Of a stretch of DNA of 64,000 bases, positions 26,141 through 39,425 are shown piece by piece. A program made the position numbers and the translations under genes. The stretch is taken from contig CP068257.2 in NCBI GenBank assembly GCA_009914755.4, positions 39,328,001 to 39,392,000 of the forward strand. Direction: 5' to 3'. Every line of letters starts with the position of its first letter. Positions within the stretch are counted from its first letter, which is position 1. The stretch is from the human T2T-CHM13v2.0 reference genome, Homo sapiens. The notes under the pieces are model-generated. The model ran no database searches and was not told the DNA's origin. It saw only the letters and a program-made list of their open reading frames with translations.

Positions 26141-29100
26141 AAGGACCTGGTCATTTTGCTTAAAGTCACAGTTTCCAAGAATCTATCGATGACTTTGAGG
26201 ATTCATTGTATTACTTTCAGTTTCTGCTACACTCTCTTATTATCTCTTCCCTGAGCTTCTGCATTCCTATATATATTTTTTTAGTTTTGCTTTTTGTTGT
26301 GATAATTAAGATTTCATACATTTTCTGAAGATATTTTTAGCCTCGGTTTCTATGAGTTTCATGAAATCTTTCTTCTGGTGAGTGTTCTTGACCTGCCATT
26401 TTCTCTTACTTATTCTTGAAATACCTTTAGATAGATCTTATGGTGTTTATTTTTTATTAATCCTCTTGAATAAGGTGAATCCTTTCTGGACCACCTATTA
26501 GTAGGAGTTTCCTGTAGAGAGGGGTCCAGACTGTGTTTCAGGCCAGGAAGGATTTTTCTTCCTATGTGGGGTTATGAAAGTGGATTAATTATTTTAACTA
26601 TTGCTTTTCCGCAGCCAGTGGTGATCAGAAGCTACAGACTGATCAAAGGAAAGAGACATTTCTTCTTTCTGGTACCCTTTCTCCCTGTCCCTTCAGCTGC
26701 TTGCAATTCTCCCACCTTTGGCCTTCCCAGGGACTCCTACTAAGTAGGTTTCTGAATGTACCAACTATGGGATTTGGAATAAGTCACCTACTTGGGCCTA
26801 GAATGAAGTTCTGACCCTCACATGTTGCATTTGTGTCCTGAAGAAAGGAGAAAAAAGACAGAAAACAATATTTATTAACCCCCTGACCCCATGTGTGCCA
26901 GGCACTCTGATAGGCTCTTTGTATATATTAACACATGGAATTCTGGAAACAATTGGAAAAAATTTCAAGAATAATCATTATTGTACCAATTTTTCAGATG
27001 GACAACTTGAAGCAAAGTGGAGTAAGTTCCTCAGCCATGATTGTAGAGCCAGTGAGTGCTGCAGTGGGATTCTGATGACTGCAAGGTCCAAGCTCTTGAT
27101 GCTATCTCCTGGGTTTCTTCATTGCTTCCCAAGTCTAAGCTGCTGTCATTTAGACAAAGATTCTCTGATTACAATGACAGTCAGAAAGAGGTTCCTGTTG
27201 CCCCACCTCCAACAGTGGCCCATGTCCTTCTGTTCCTCTTTGCCTGTCTTCTCCATTTGCCAGTCCCCAAACTGCCATCAGCTTGCTCAGTGGAATTGGC
27301 TGTCTGCATTGGTCCTTTTCTGATTAGAGCATTGCTCAGTGCTCCTCCTAGGAGCCTGTGCCCCGATTTGCCAGTGGCTTTTTTTTTTTTTTTTTAATTC
27401 AAGCCTTCTTTGCCATGAGCCCAAAAGTGCCTTCTAACTGGAGTTTGAGAATCAAGTAGAAATGAGCTATATGATCTGACAGCTTTTGCTACCTGGCTTC
27501 CCATCACTTTGCTCCACTGACCTGGAGCGCAAGCACACACTATTGCCCAACTATAATAAAGATGATTATATTTGTTGGGAGCAAAACTCTAGAACAGGAG
27601 AAGTGGGCCAGGCTCATGATGTAAGCTCAGGCCTTGAATTCAGAGAGCCCTGTTCAGTTATCCTTCTCGGTAGGCAAATAATTGTCAGCATATCCTCCTG
27701 AACTAGGCTATTTCCTCATAAACAGGGCTGAAACATTTGTCTCCCTGCCCATGAGGTTGTTGTGAGTCTCAGAAAGAGAATTAAGATGAGAAAACATTCT
27801 GCAAATTATAATGTACTTACTAAATGCCCTCTGTTACTAATAGTCTTATTGCAACTGATATTAGTAGGATAAGTGGGTAGTGAAGGAGTGCTGCATGAGT
27901 TATGTCAAACAATAGCTTCCAAGAGAGGACGTCTTGCTTGCTATTCAGTAGAACAGGGCAGTTGTGTGGGTGGCTTCTGCAGTCAGAGCATCTAGTTTGA
28001 CTACAACTAGCAACACCCCTTCTTATCTATGTGATTTTCAATTAGCTTTAGAAATTGCACTAGTTTATTGGGAAATTGAGGTAAGGACCAAGACAGACAA
28101 ACCTTCTATGATACTCATCATGATGCCTGATCAATGAATATTGGCTGCTATCGTTATGCTGTTATGTGTGACTGAACTGAGTCAATTAATTAATAGAATT
28201 AGAATGGCCCTTAGACACCTCTCCCTTCTTTATAAGATGAGGTCTCAAGCCACACAGGTCCAGAAACTTAACCTTAATGGACCCATTCTCACTAATTAAA
28301 CTGACAGGAGATCAATGCAAAACCAGGATGTAAAATTCTTAAGCAGCACTGGGGACTGAGACCGGTTAACATATGGCAAAGCTTAGTAACCCTATTTGGA
28401 GGCTGCCTCGAGGCACACAGGAAGGGAGGGTGATTAAAAGGCTGGAGAAAGCTTCAGGGCTGAGAAGAGAAGAAGGGAGATTCCTTCGGCTCTCCCTTTG
28501 TCTCTCTAGGTATGCAAATGCCCCCAAAACTAAGGATTAAAAGGACTGAGTTTCCAAAACACAAGTCCTTGGCTAGCATTTCCCATAAGACACAGATCAA
28601 TCTTCACAGCACAACTGTATCAGAGGCTCATGCCTCTGTCCAGAGCTACTTCCAATTTCATGCCCAGGTTTTCTTCATTTCATTGAAACTCTTGGTCATT
28701 CACAGAGGCTTGTTTTGGAGCCATTTTGCAGAAGCCTCTGAGAACAATGCAATTTCTAGTGTCTTGGTGCTAGACAGGGTCCCTTATATCCACCCTGATT
28801 ATAGCAGGAAAAAGAGACCCTTGATTTTTGACACTCTTTTGTTCTTCCTCTGACTCTTGAACACATGGGCAATTTACCCCCATTCTTTTTTCTAAGAACA
28901 TTTTTCAGTATAAATTGTGGCATGGAAAATGGTATGTTTCTTCTGGTTCCAGATAAGGAAAGCTGTAAATAATTTAAAGTTCCTGCTGTGCAAAATTACC
29001 CAAACAGAAAGTACACTTTTTTATGCTGGCACTGAGGATGGTAAAACAAGAAATTGTGCCAATTTTCCTACAGGTGAAATTTTAGCTTCTTTATAACATA

Positions 29101-30139
29101 AGCACTTTGACTCTGAAAAAAGTAACATAATGAGATTTTGTGCAAGGTGTGCCAGAATTAATATAGGGCTATAGAAATAATAGCCCAAATTTACCTTTCA
29201 TCCACACACAAAGACACAAAATTACTGAAAGTTTGTGCTGAGAGCATTAAGCCACACCCCAGGGCTCAAAGATTGTGTCCCCTAATAGCATTTATGTTGC
29301 CACAAATGTCAGTGTCAGCACTTCAAACTTATGCGAAAGCTATTATTTTGTGGCATAAAATTCTGATGTATATGTTATTTGAATCTCTATAAGCCACTAT
29401 AATTTGAAGCATCAATGTGACCTATTTTTCCCCTCTTGATTAACAGGTCATCATAAAATGGGTTGTGTCTATTTTCACCTGGCCCACTGTGTGTTGTGAG
29501 TGCCACCAGAGCTATCTTGCTGTACCTCCACAGATTGTAGGATTTTCTTCCTTTATGTTGAATTTAGCACTGAAACTGACAAAGTTTCATTCTCAAGAAT
29601 GAAAAGGTCACGGAGAAGAGGAGGAGAGAAGCCACTTTGCTGGACTTTCCTCCTTGGGACACTTGTGCTGAGGGCATGTGATGGAAAGAGAAATGGACTT
29701 CTGGTCTCCAGTTTGGGTGCCATATACAATGAGGGCTGCTTCTCTGGTCACCAGAACAGTGACTTCTGCACACGCTCAGCCATCCCAGAGCTTGTCCCTA
29801 ACGATCCAGGAAGGGATGGGGCATTGGGCTCTATGAAGACTAAGCACAAGCACTAGTAGGCAGGAGCCAAATATACTTAAGAATCATAATAAAATGTATC
29901 TATGGACAGCTACTAAATATAATAAAAATGTAGTGTACGACTGGAGTTTGTTTCTGGCGATAGTGATCAACTCCTCTCACCAGAGGGCTGGGTACATCAG
30001 GTGTCAAAAGTTCAGTCTGTTACTTCCCCAACTCTAGTCTTTTGCCAGGTTTCTGGCTGCTGTACGGTTCTGAGCAAATGTCAAAAGGCCAGAAGGATGA
30101 GTCTCCACAGGGGTTAATGAGTTTAGATGATGGCTTTCA

Positions 30140-30528
30140 GAAAGAAACAGAAAGAAAAAGGAAGGAAAGAAAGAAGGAAGGAAGAACGGAAGGGAGGAAG
30201 GAAGGAAGGAGGGAGAAAAGATAGGAAGGAGAGAGTGAAGGAAGGAAGAAACAGAAGGAAGGAATTAAAGAGAGAGAAGATAGGAGGGAGGGAGGGAGGA
30301 AGGGAGGAATGGAAGGAGAGAGGGAGGGAAGGAAGGCAAAAAGATAGGAAGGAGAGAGGAAGGGAGGAAAGAAATGGAAGGAATTAAAGAGAGAGAAGTT
30401 AGGAAGGAGGGAGGGAGGAAAGATACAGAAGGAAGGAATTAAAGAGAGAGAAGATAGGAAGGAGGGAGGGAGGGAAGAAGGAAGAAAGGAAAGGAGGAAA
30501 GAGGGAGGGAGGGAGAAAGAAAAAAAAT
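30140..30528 (+). repeat. About 390-bp pure purine (GA-rich, GGAA/GAAA-type) tract; pyrimidine on the opposite strand
   Basis: gaaagaaacagaaagaaaaaggaaggaaagaaagaaggaaggaagaacggaagggaggaaggaaggaaggagggag... continues to ...gaaaggaggaaagagggagggagggagaaagaaaaaaaa with only isolated C/T. It produces the lysine/glutamate/arginine/glycine-rich ORFs 30042..30387. Confidence 0.9.
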
Positions 30529-31084
30529 TTTAAAACACTGCATCCTATAAAATGGTCTCCACAGTTGCATGGGAGGGGTGTCACAGGCTTCCCTGACTGT
30601 TGGAGACAAAAGAATAAATCTTCAGGTATTTTACCTGCAAAGATCCCCCTTTGCTCAAGGTCCTCTTGTCTGCCAAGTGTGTTGGTCAGCAACTGGCATC
30701 CAGGCATCTGCTTGATGTGTTTGTTTCACCTTCACATGTCTGTTCTGACAGTGTATCTTCAGCGGGCCTTTCCATGGACCTTGAAAGCCCTAGGTTTTTC
30801 CCTGATGAGCTTATAACATTTTGTTGTTGCCACCTTCTTTCAATTCTTCCTTCTTTATTAAACTATAAATTCTATGGGGAAAGGGTTTCTATCTGTCACA
30901 TTCACAGTTGTATGCCTTGAGCCTACTGGTCAACCCTCAGCAACACTTGTTGAATAAATGAGCCCAAGATATCTCATTGTACTCCTTTAGGCTCATCTAC
31001 AGGCAGGTTCTATATTCTGAGATGAAAGAGGATATTGTATTTCTTTCCTAGATTCTTCCTGGGTTGGCCGTATACCCAGTGCTA

Positions 31085-31512
31085 TAGTTTGGATGTTTGT
31101 CCCCTTCAAACCTCAAGTTGAAATTTGATCTCCAGTGTTGGTGGTGCCTAATGGGAGGGCTTTGGGTTATGGGGTGGACCTCTAAAGAGTACATTAATGC
31201 CCCTTCTGGGACAGGTTGGGGGTGGGAGGAAGGGGAGAGTGAATTCTAGCTCTATTTGTTCCCATGAGAGCTGGTTGTTAAAAAGAGTCTCTCATCTTCC
31301 CCCTTCTCCTGATTCTTCTCTCACCGTGTGATCTCTACATACACCAGCTGCCCTTTGCCTTCTGCCATGATTGAAAGCAGGTGAGACCCTCACCAGAAGC
31401 TAAGCAGATGCTGGCGCTCTGCTACTTGCACAGCCTGCAGAACTGTGAGCCAAATAAACTCTTTTCCTGATAAATTATCTAGCCTTAGGTATTCCGTTAT
31501 AGCAATATAAAT
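31085..31512 (+). mobile_element. MaLR (MST/MLT-type) solitary LTR, forward orientation
   Basis: tgctatagtttggatgtttgtccccttcaaacctcaagttgaaatttgatctccagtgttggtggtgcctaatgggagggctttgggttatggggtggac... ends ...ctgcagaactgtgagccaaataaactcttttcctgataaattatctagccttaggtattccgttatagcaatataaatggactaagaca. This parallels TGATATGGTTTGGCTGTGTCCCCACCCAAATCTCATCTTGAATTGTA...GGACTAATACA of THE1/MST. Confidence 0.6.
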
Positions 31513-33589
31513 GGACTAAGACACTCAGCTATCACAAATATGACTTGGCTTGGGCACTCAGGATCTTGAGAAAAGGCTGTTGATCAAGTCATAGAGGGGC
31601 TTCCTCAGTTCTCTGCCCCTGACAACTTACTTAGCCTTGGGTCCCAAGTGCTGTAAGTTTATCCTAGGTGGAATGGAGATCCTTGAAGCTATGTCACCTA
31701 ACAATGATTTCAGGCAGGGCTATGTCCACTGCCCTTGGAAAAATGGAACCTTGAGTCTAAACTTTTCCATAGAACACACTTCACCTTCCAACCTAAAACA
31801 ATGGAAGTTTTCCAGTTGGAAATTATCCCAGAGGCTGATGTACAGATTTCCCTTTCAGTATCTTTTCTGCCACTAATGGATTAGAAGTTCCCAGGACTTT
31901 GATTGTCCTAAGTTGTATAGTTATGGGGCAGTTACAAGTGTGATAAATACCATGTGATGATAATGGGTATATGATCTTCCCTGAGCTTCAGATCAAAATG
32001 GGTAAACTTTGAAAATATCTACTTATTACCTAAAAAAAAATCTAGGATGAGTTTCTTGTTACATGACAGAATCACAGAATAGACTGCTTGATAGCCAGTC
32101 TTTACAATTTACTGTAATTGTCTCTGTCAATCTCTGGAGAAAAGGGGACGTGGCACCCTGGCTGAGTCTGAAAGTCTGTTTTGTTACCAAATTCCTGACA
32201 AATGGACTTGGAGTGAATGCCCCCTCTCATTGGGATGTTTTGCATGGACAACAGGATTCAAACTTGGCGTCTGGTATCTTATCATCACTTTCTCCCCAGC
32301 GAACATTTAATCCTTCAAGTCAGAGAGTAAGTAATATATTTAACATGTCTCACCTTCAAGCTTTATTTCATAAATTATAAACACCTGCTTTTTAGTGACT
32401 GCTACTTAGTCTCTTTTATTGTACCAATTGTTTTTTCCATCATAAATAATTCAGGACATATTTATCCCAAAATAGTGCAATTTGAAGGAATCATAGAATA
32501 GCTTTCCCTTAATTTTTAGCATCCTTGTTAATAATACCCAATGCCAAGAGTGTGCTACAACTGTCCTTGCCTGACTCTGCAGATAGAGCTGCTGACTGTG
32601 GGCTATACATGGCAGTGGCAGAAAGAATCCAATCCACACAGATGTCTTTCCTTTCTATACTCAGGACAGGCTGCCACGATAAGGACACAGAGCTGCCATG
32701 CACAATGAGTGCATGCACTCATGCACACGTGACAACCCCCTGGAGACTGATTTAGAGGGACCTGAGATGTAGATCCACCCCTGATTTGCCTCAGGGTCAA
32801 ATTCCCATCCTAACATAACCTCTTGGTGGGGATATTGACTCTTCAAAGCAGAACGGTGTGAGAAGTATCTTAATCAATAGCTCTACCAACTCAGCAGGAT
32901 TTCTTGATTACATTTGTGGGCATAATCCTAATGGGATATGACACAGGAATGCTTCCTGCTTTCTGGACAAGCAGCAGTGCTGGTCTTCTATATGACAGGA
33001 GAATCCACCTCACATGGGGTAGTCACAGAAGGAGAAGAAAAGGTAGTCAAGATCCTTTAAGTCATCCTTAAGGACCCTGGACCCTTGGAAACTGTCAGAT
33101 ATAGGAACATATTTTTGTGTTTCTGAAGTTGAGGCTTTCTGAATATATTTGTCTGCAAATTCAGGAACCTGGGCTCACAGAAAGCCTTGTGAAATTAATT
33201 TACAGCTGCATAAAGAGTGAAAGAACTCCAGAGAGATCTACCTTTCTCTGGGGGCATATGTTTACATTTCATGGGAAAATGAGCCCTGTGAACTTGAAGG
33301 CACCTCTAGCTTATAGAAGTGGACATGAGGGCCTACCTGGCCCTAGAAAAGATGTATTTACATTCCAATAGGTTAGAGTGAGAATCCAGGATCCTTTCTC
33401 TTGTATCTCCAAGGAACAAAGGTTTTTTTCATCCTCCTTTTGGGAGGTTTGAGAAGGTGGCTGACTCTTCCTCCTCTAGATAAGGAGATAAAACCTGTTC
33501 CTAAACTATGATGTAGACTTTGACATTTGCATGTGTAGGACATTTGTCTCAGCTTTTATCATTCTTAACCCCAGGGTTAAGAATCAGGG

Positions 33590-34295
33590 TGTGAGCCAGT
33601 TAGAATAGCAATCATTAAAAAGTCAGGAAACAACAAGTGCCGCAGAGGATGTGGAGAAATAGGAACACTTTTACACTGTTGGTGGGACTGTAAACTAGTT
33701 CAAACATTGTGGAAGTCAGTGTGGTGATCCCTCAGGGATCTAGAACTAGAAATACCATTTGACCCAGCAATCCCATTACTGGGTATATACCCAAAGGATT
33801 ATAAATCATGCTGCTATGAAGACACATGCACACATATGTTTATTGCGCCACTATTCACAATAGCAAAGACTTGGAACCAAGCCAAATGTCCAACAATGAT
33901 AGACTGGGTTAAGAAAATGTGGCACATATACACCATGGAATACTATGCAGCCATAAAAAAGGATGAGTTCATGTCCTTTGTAGGGACATGGATGAAGCTG
34001 GAAACCATCATTCTCAGCAAACTATCACAAGGACAAAAAACCAAACACCACATGTTCTCTCTCATAGGTGGGAATTGAACAATGAGAACACATGGACACA
34101 GGAAGGGGAACATCACATACCAGGGCTTGTTGTGGGGTGGGGGGAGGGGGGAGGGAGAGCATTAGGAGATATGCCTAATGTTAAATGATGAGTTACTGGG
34201 TGCAGCACACCAACATGGCACATGTATACATATGTAACTAACCTGCACATTGTGCACATGTACCCTAAAACTTAAAGCATGGAAAAAAAAAAAAA
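33590..34295 (+). mobile_element. Young L1 (L1PA-family) 5'-truncated 3' end with poly-A; TSD gaatcagggtg (33580-33590 and 34295-34305)
   Basis: ccagttagaatagcaatcattaaaaagtcaggaaacaacaagtgccgcagaggatgtggagaaataggaacacttttacactgttggtgggactgtaaactagttcaa... continues through ...ggggagggagagcattaggagatatgcctaatgttaaatgatgagttactgggtgcagcacaccaacatggcacatgtatacatatgtaactaacctgcacattgtgcacatgtaccctaaaacttaaagcatggaaaaaaaaaaaaa. Flanks: ...ttaagaatcagggtgtgag|L1|aaaaag-aatcagggtgggagg. Confidence 0.9.
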
Positions 34296-35999
34296 GAATC
34301 AGGGTGGGAGGATCCATGTGGTCATTATTATTTGCTTTTTAAATAAATAATGATCATCTCTCTGTAATCTAGAACACCAAATGTTCACAATCAGGATAAA
34401 ATTATAAAGATGAATATTAAAAACCCAACAGAAATTCAAAGGGAAAAAAAATTAGTCTACATTTGTTTCTATTTCAGCTTTGTTTGTGGCCAGTCAAGAA
34501 GGAGGGTTCGAAGAGAGGTAATAGGGTAAATGGAGGGGTGGGGATTTGCCTTTAATTTATTTTTGCTGTTGGAGCTAGTTTTTTGCCAAATAAATGGGGT
34601 TGAATTGGAGTCTGTTAAATCAGGGTTTCTCAGCCTCAACACTACTGACAATGTGGGTGATAGCTCTTTATTGTGGGGGTTGTCCTGTGCATAACAGGAG
34701 GTTCAGCAGCAACCCTGGCCTCAACACACTCAATGCCAATACAACAACACCACCCCACTTTTGGTAACAACCAAAAGTCCACACCACCCCACTTTTGGTA
34801 ACAACCAAAAGTGTATCCACACATGGCCAAATGCCCAATAGGGGGCAAAATCACCCCTGTTGAGAACTACTGTCTTAAATGCACATGTGACACCATTATT
34901 TTTAAGCATTTGACATAGTACTAGTCATGGATGAGATTGGGGGATCTGGTCTTCTGCATGGGCAAATTAGATTATTGCCTACTTGCCTAAAGAGGTATTT
35001 CTAGAAACTTCCATTCAGAAAGAAAGCTCCTGCCGTGTGTTCACTCTATTTAAATGATGACTAAACCCTTTAATCCACTGCGTTAGAGCTTACTCTGTGA
35101 ATACCTGGAAAGGGTATCATAGTCATACAGATCCACTTGCAAGAGAGTGTCAAAGTAGATGATCAAGGCAGCAGATGCTTTTGTTGTGATCAGCATTTGA
35201 TAGAGGAGAAGGCATCAGATCACAGTGGGAAAAGGATGCAGAAAGCAAAGACCAGAGGTACCAAAAATCAGATTCACTTAATACAAAATTTTGCTAAGTA
35301 TGAGCACCATTGAGCATTGAAATATGTAAAAACAGAATGCACAGCATTTGAGAATGCTGTTAAAACTCACAGTGCTAACATGGAAAATAGCCCTATTTGT
35401 GACCCCTTTTTAAATTGTAAGGGAGTGAGCAGAGAGGTCAGCTTGGGTTAAGATAAGACAGGCAGACCCCTCGACAGCTGAAGGCATGGGAGCACAGGAA
35501 GTCTGGAGATTGGGGCTGACATAGGGAAGAAGATACTCCAGGAAGAATGAATGCAAGAGCACCTTGCCTAGTTTGAATTTTCCTTAGAAATGTCTCATTG
35601 TCTGGACCCAAGATGTGGCTTATATTGAAGTTATTTATCTAAATTCTCCTCTCCTCCACTGGATTCTAGATTTTTGTGGGCAGTTCCTGGTCTTAAACAT
35701 TAATATTTCTGCTGATGTGCCTAGCACAGGATCTGTCACAATAGGAGAATGGTAAAATAAGTGAGTCCATGCCAAAGGAAACCTGATGTTCATTAGGCCT
35801 GGTGTAGTATTTCTGCCACTCTGTGTGGCTGTGCCTCAAGAAGGTCATCCCAATATGGACAGTCATTCACACCTGCCTCTTTAGACAGCCTGTAGGAGGG
35901 AAAGAGCTGGGCACCATCATGCCAAGTCCTTGAAGACTTTCAACATGAAGGAGCTAAAATTCCCAAGTATAATAGAATATGGCTTATAAAGGTATATTA

Positions 36000-36560
36000 A
36001 TATTCTGTGCTGCAAAACAGATAACAACAAGTTTAGAGGCTTAAAACAACATCCATTCATTTTCTCAATTGCTGTGGTTCAATAGGCCAAACCCAGCTTA
36101 GCTGGGTCCTCTGATTAGAGTCACACAACACTGTAATGAAGCATTGACTGGGCTGTGTTCTCACTGGAAAGCTGGACTGGGGAAGGATCCACTTCCAAGC
36201 TCACACAGGTGGTTGGCAGAATTCATCTCCTTGTGGTTGTAGAAATGAGGGCTCCAGTTCCTTGCTAGCTCTTGGCTGGGGACTTCCACAGCTCCTAGAG
36301 TCACCCATAGTTCTCTGCCATGTGGTCTTCTCTATAGGCAGATTGATTCCACAACATGACGTATTGCTTCTTCGAGGCCCATAGGAGAGCAAGAGTGAGT
36401 CTGGAATTTTATATAACACAATGCAGTCGCAAAGGAGCTATCCCAGCACCTTTGCCATATTCTATTGACTAGATGCAAGTCCCACCCAAACTCAGTGGGA
36501 GGGAATTGCACAAAGGCATGACAGCAGGAAACAGGGATAATTGGGTTTTATCTTAGAATC
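36000..36560 (-). mobile_element. Interspersed repeat, LTR-like, family uncertain (related in structure to 58340-58780)
   Basis: ...ataacaacaagtttagaggcttaaaacaacatccattcattttctc...cttccaagctcacacaggtggttggcagaattcatctccttgtggttgtagaaatgagggctccagttccttgctagctcttggctggggacttccacagctcctagag...gggagggaattgcacaaaggcatgacagcaggaaacagggataattgggttttatcttagaatctgtctacc resembles a common human repeat consensus (...acagaaatttattctctcacagttctggaggct...). Low confidence. Confidence 0.35.
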
Positions 36561-38709
36561 TGTCTACCATGTGAGAAAATAAAATTTAAAATAAAATTCA
36601 GCAATTCTCCCTTGAGTAGCTTCTCTGAAGCTGTTCAGAAGAGATTTAGCAAGCATCACTTGGCAACAATTCTGATTTCCCCACTGGATGGCAAAGCCAA
36701 AGGGAAAAGAATGCCCTACAGTATAAATTTCCCCCCTTTTCATGCAGTGGTAGCCTTGCAATAGGTCTGTAGGCCAGAGAGCATTAGAAACCAATCTCAT
36801 TTAACACTTTGACCTACTGCCTAAACACAGTGTCTAATTAAAGAAAGGGTGTGTGGAAGAGGGATGAAAGTCCAATCACTTCAGAAACCCTGGATTGAAA
36901 TTCTAGAGTATGTATTCCCAACCTTCTGACATTCCTGGGCAGGACCAAATGCCTTTACCTTGACATTTATGCATAGCTTACATCTTCTTTTATAATGAAG
37001 GGTAACACCTAGAACCTTCTGCCCCTGGAAACCTGGTATGTCTTTCCTTCACCCATTCTGACCAATTTCTTTTGGATTTTCCTTGGAATTTTGTTCTGAC
37101 CTCATGAGAAGTAGATTTGTTTTGTTTCAGTGGTGTTTGCCCAGACCCTATCCTTATCTACTGTTTGACTAAGCACAAAATGTTTTCTTTATCAGGTAAA
37201 TGTAATTAAGAGGCCAGTCACTCAGCAAACTCAATCATTTCTGGCTGAAGGCTAAAAATAGAGGAAGAAAAAAATTCTTACAGGCCCTAAAATAGAGGAA
37301 GAAAAAAAGAGGAAGAAAAAAATTCTACAAGGAAGCAAAAGTGAATCACATTCTAAACTTCTCTGTGCAGTGACCCTTTAGTGAAGGAGGAAGGAGCCAC
37401 TATTTCTACCTACTTAGCAGCAAGAGATTCTAAGTTAGCTCCTTTTCCTCCTTGAACTCCATCCCCATAAAAGGGTTATTTGAGTTTACTGTACAAATTA
37501 GAATTGTTCCTTCTCCCCATCTCCCACCCTCAATTGCCCTCTGTCCCTCAGCAGTGCCACAAATGAAGATGTGCATCTGGCTTGCTGCCCACCATAACCC
37601 CTGCATTGTTTTCTTCTGATTCTCACAGTAGTCACTTGCAATTGTCTTTCATCCTGTTGCATATCAGTTGTATGGTTCTTTTCTTACTTTGATCCTTATT
37701 CTAAAAAACAATCACGTATTTCCTCAATTTTGACAGCATGGACTTTAAGCCTTGTAAAGGTCTTTGAAGATCTCAACCCCCTCATCTTACAGTTAAGAGT
37801 AGTGGTGATGAAGCTATTGAATCATTCATCAAGAGTCATAGTGACTTTTACCAGGAGTGGAAGAGATCGCACATGAATTTTTTAATTGATTATACACTAT
37901 ATTGGCTTCATGGGAGGGTACAATAGAGACCTGGTCCCAAAGTAGGATCCCTGGATTGCCAGATTTGTTGTGACTGCATTATAAGAAGACACTGTCAAGT
38001 CTCAGAAAAACCTGGAAGATGCCATAGTCAGGGAGACCCCTCTGGGGCCCAATCACTGTCCCCCACACTTGCATCACAGTCCCCTCAACCTACATCATGT
38101 ACATGTCGCCATCTTTCTTCTTTTCCTAGAACCCAGGCTTTCTTGCAATACCAGTGCCACACTCCTCCATCTACCAACTCTGCTCCCCAATCTCTGATAT
38201 CCTAGTGAGTTCATTAGGTCCACATTCTACCACTGCCCCTCTTTCTTAACTTGAAACACCACCTTTTAGCCATGCCTCTACCATCTGCTGCCTGATAATT
38301 CCTGTTCCCTGTGCACCACATGACTATCAGATCTATCATTTATGGAATGCCTACCAGGTGCCCAGCATTGTGCTTGGTATTTATCATCACTAATTTATTT
38401 ATTACTAATTTAATTGCCACCAAAACCTTATGAAAATGGATATTATCCCCATTCTAGACATGAGGAGACTGAAGTTCAGAAAGATTAATGACTTGTTCAC
38501 ACTCATCCATTTGTTGTGGTGCCACCAGGATTTGAATCCAAGTCTGACTCTGGAATCCATGGTCTCTCTACTGCCCCAACACAGCATCCCAGTATGCCTT
38601 GAATTTTCTGGAACATTACTGATTTCAAACACTTGTCCCTTAGGACTCCTGAGTGTACACACACATATGTCAGATTATTTATTCTCAATTATGTTTAGAA
38701 AAGAGAGTA

Positions 38710-39012
38710 CCTGGCAGGGGACAGTGGCTCATGTCTGTAATCCCAGCACTTTGGGAGGCGGAGGTGGACAGATCACCTGAGGCCAGGAGTTTGAGACCAG
38801 CCTGGCCAACATGGTAAGACCCCATCTCTACTAAAAATACAGAAATTAGCTGAGTGTGGAAATGTGTGCCTATAATTCCAGCTACTCGGGAAGCTGAGGC
38901 AGAAGAACCTCTTGAACCCAGAAGGCAGAGGTTGCAGTGAGCTGAGATCACGCTACTACACTTCAGTGTGGGAAACAGAGAGACCGTGTCTCAGAAAAGA
39001 AAAAAGAAAAGA
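38710..39012 (+). mobile_element. Alu SINE (AluS-like), forward orientation
   Basis: cctggcaggggacagtggctcatgtctgtaatcccagcactttgggaggcggaggtggacagatcacctgaggccaggagtttgagaccagcctggccaacatggtaagaccccatctctactaaaaatacagaaattagctgagtgtgg...ctgaggcagaagaacctcttgaacccagaaggcagaggttgcagtgagctgagatcacgc...cagagagaccgtgtctcagaaaagaaaaaagaaaag. Confidence 0.9.
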
Positions 39013-39329
39013 GAGTGGCCATATCTATGTATAAAACTAGTGACACACAATTATTCTGCCTTTGCTTTAGTGCACACATACACTCAGAAATACGCGTGCA
39101 TATGTGTAATACATTTCATATTTTGAACAAGCAGATATTTCAACACTAAGGAATCGTAAAAATAAACAAAGGTCTGTTTGCAAAGACTCATACCATTACT
39201 GTCATCTGTCTACCTTGCACTACAAACAATTTGAAGTCACATTGATTGTTTTCACAATTTTCTCAAATATTTAACAACTCGCATCCTTGCGGGGGATGTT
39301 GAGGAACTAGAGTGGTGTTTTCCGATTTT

Positions 39330-39425
39330 GTTTTTTTGGTTTTTTGGTGGGTTTGTTTTTTCGGTCTTTTTTTGTTTGTTTGTTTGTTTGTTTTTGTTTT
39401 GGTCTAATTGGCATTATATCATGTT
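39330..39425. repeat. T/G-rich low-complexity tract including (GTTT)n
   Basis: tttttggtttttttggtgggtttgttttttcggtctttttttgtttgtttgtttgtttgtttttgttttggtc. It produces a Phe/Val/Leu-rich spurious ORF 39328..39534. Confidence 0.7.

Noticed and set aside
30042-30387. Lys/Glu/Arg/Gly-rich ORFs (60 and 86 aa) and the Leu/Pro/Ser/Phe-rich ORF on the opposite strand (30399..30707)
   Set aside because: They are translations of the roughly 390-bp polypurine GGAA-type tract, with charge-repeat composition only.
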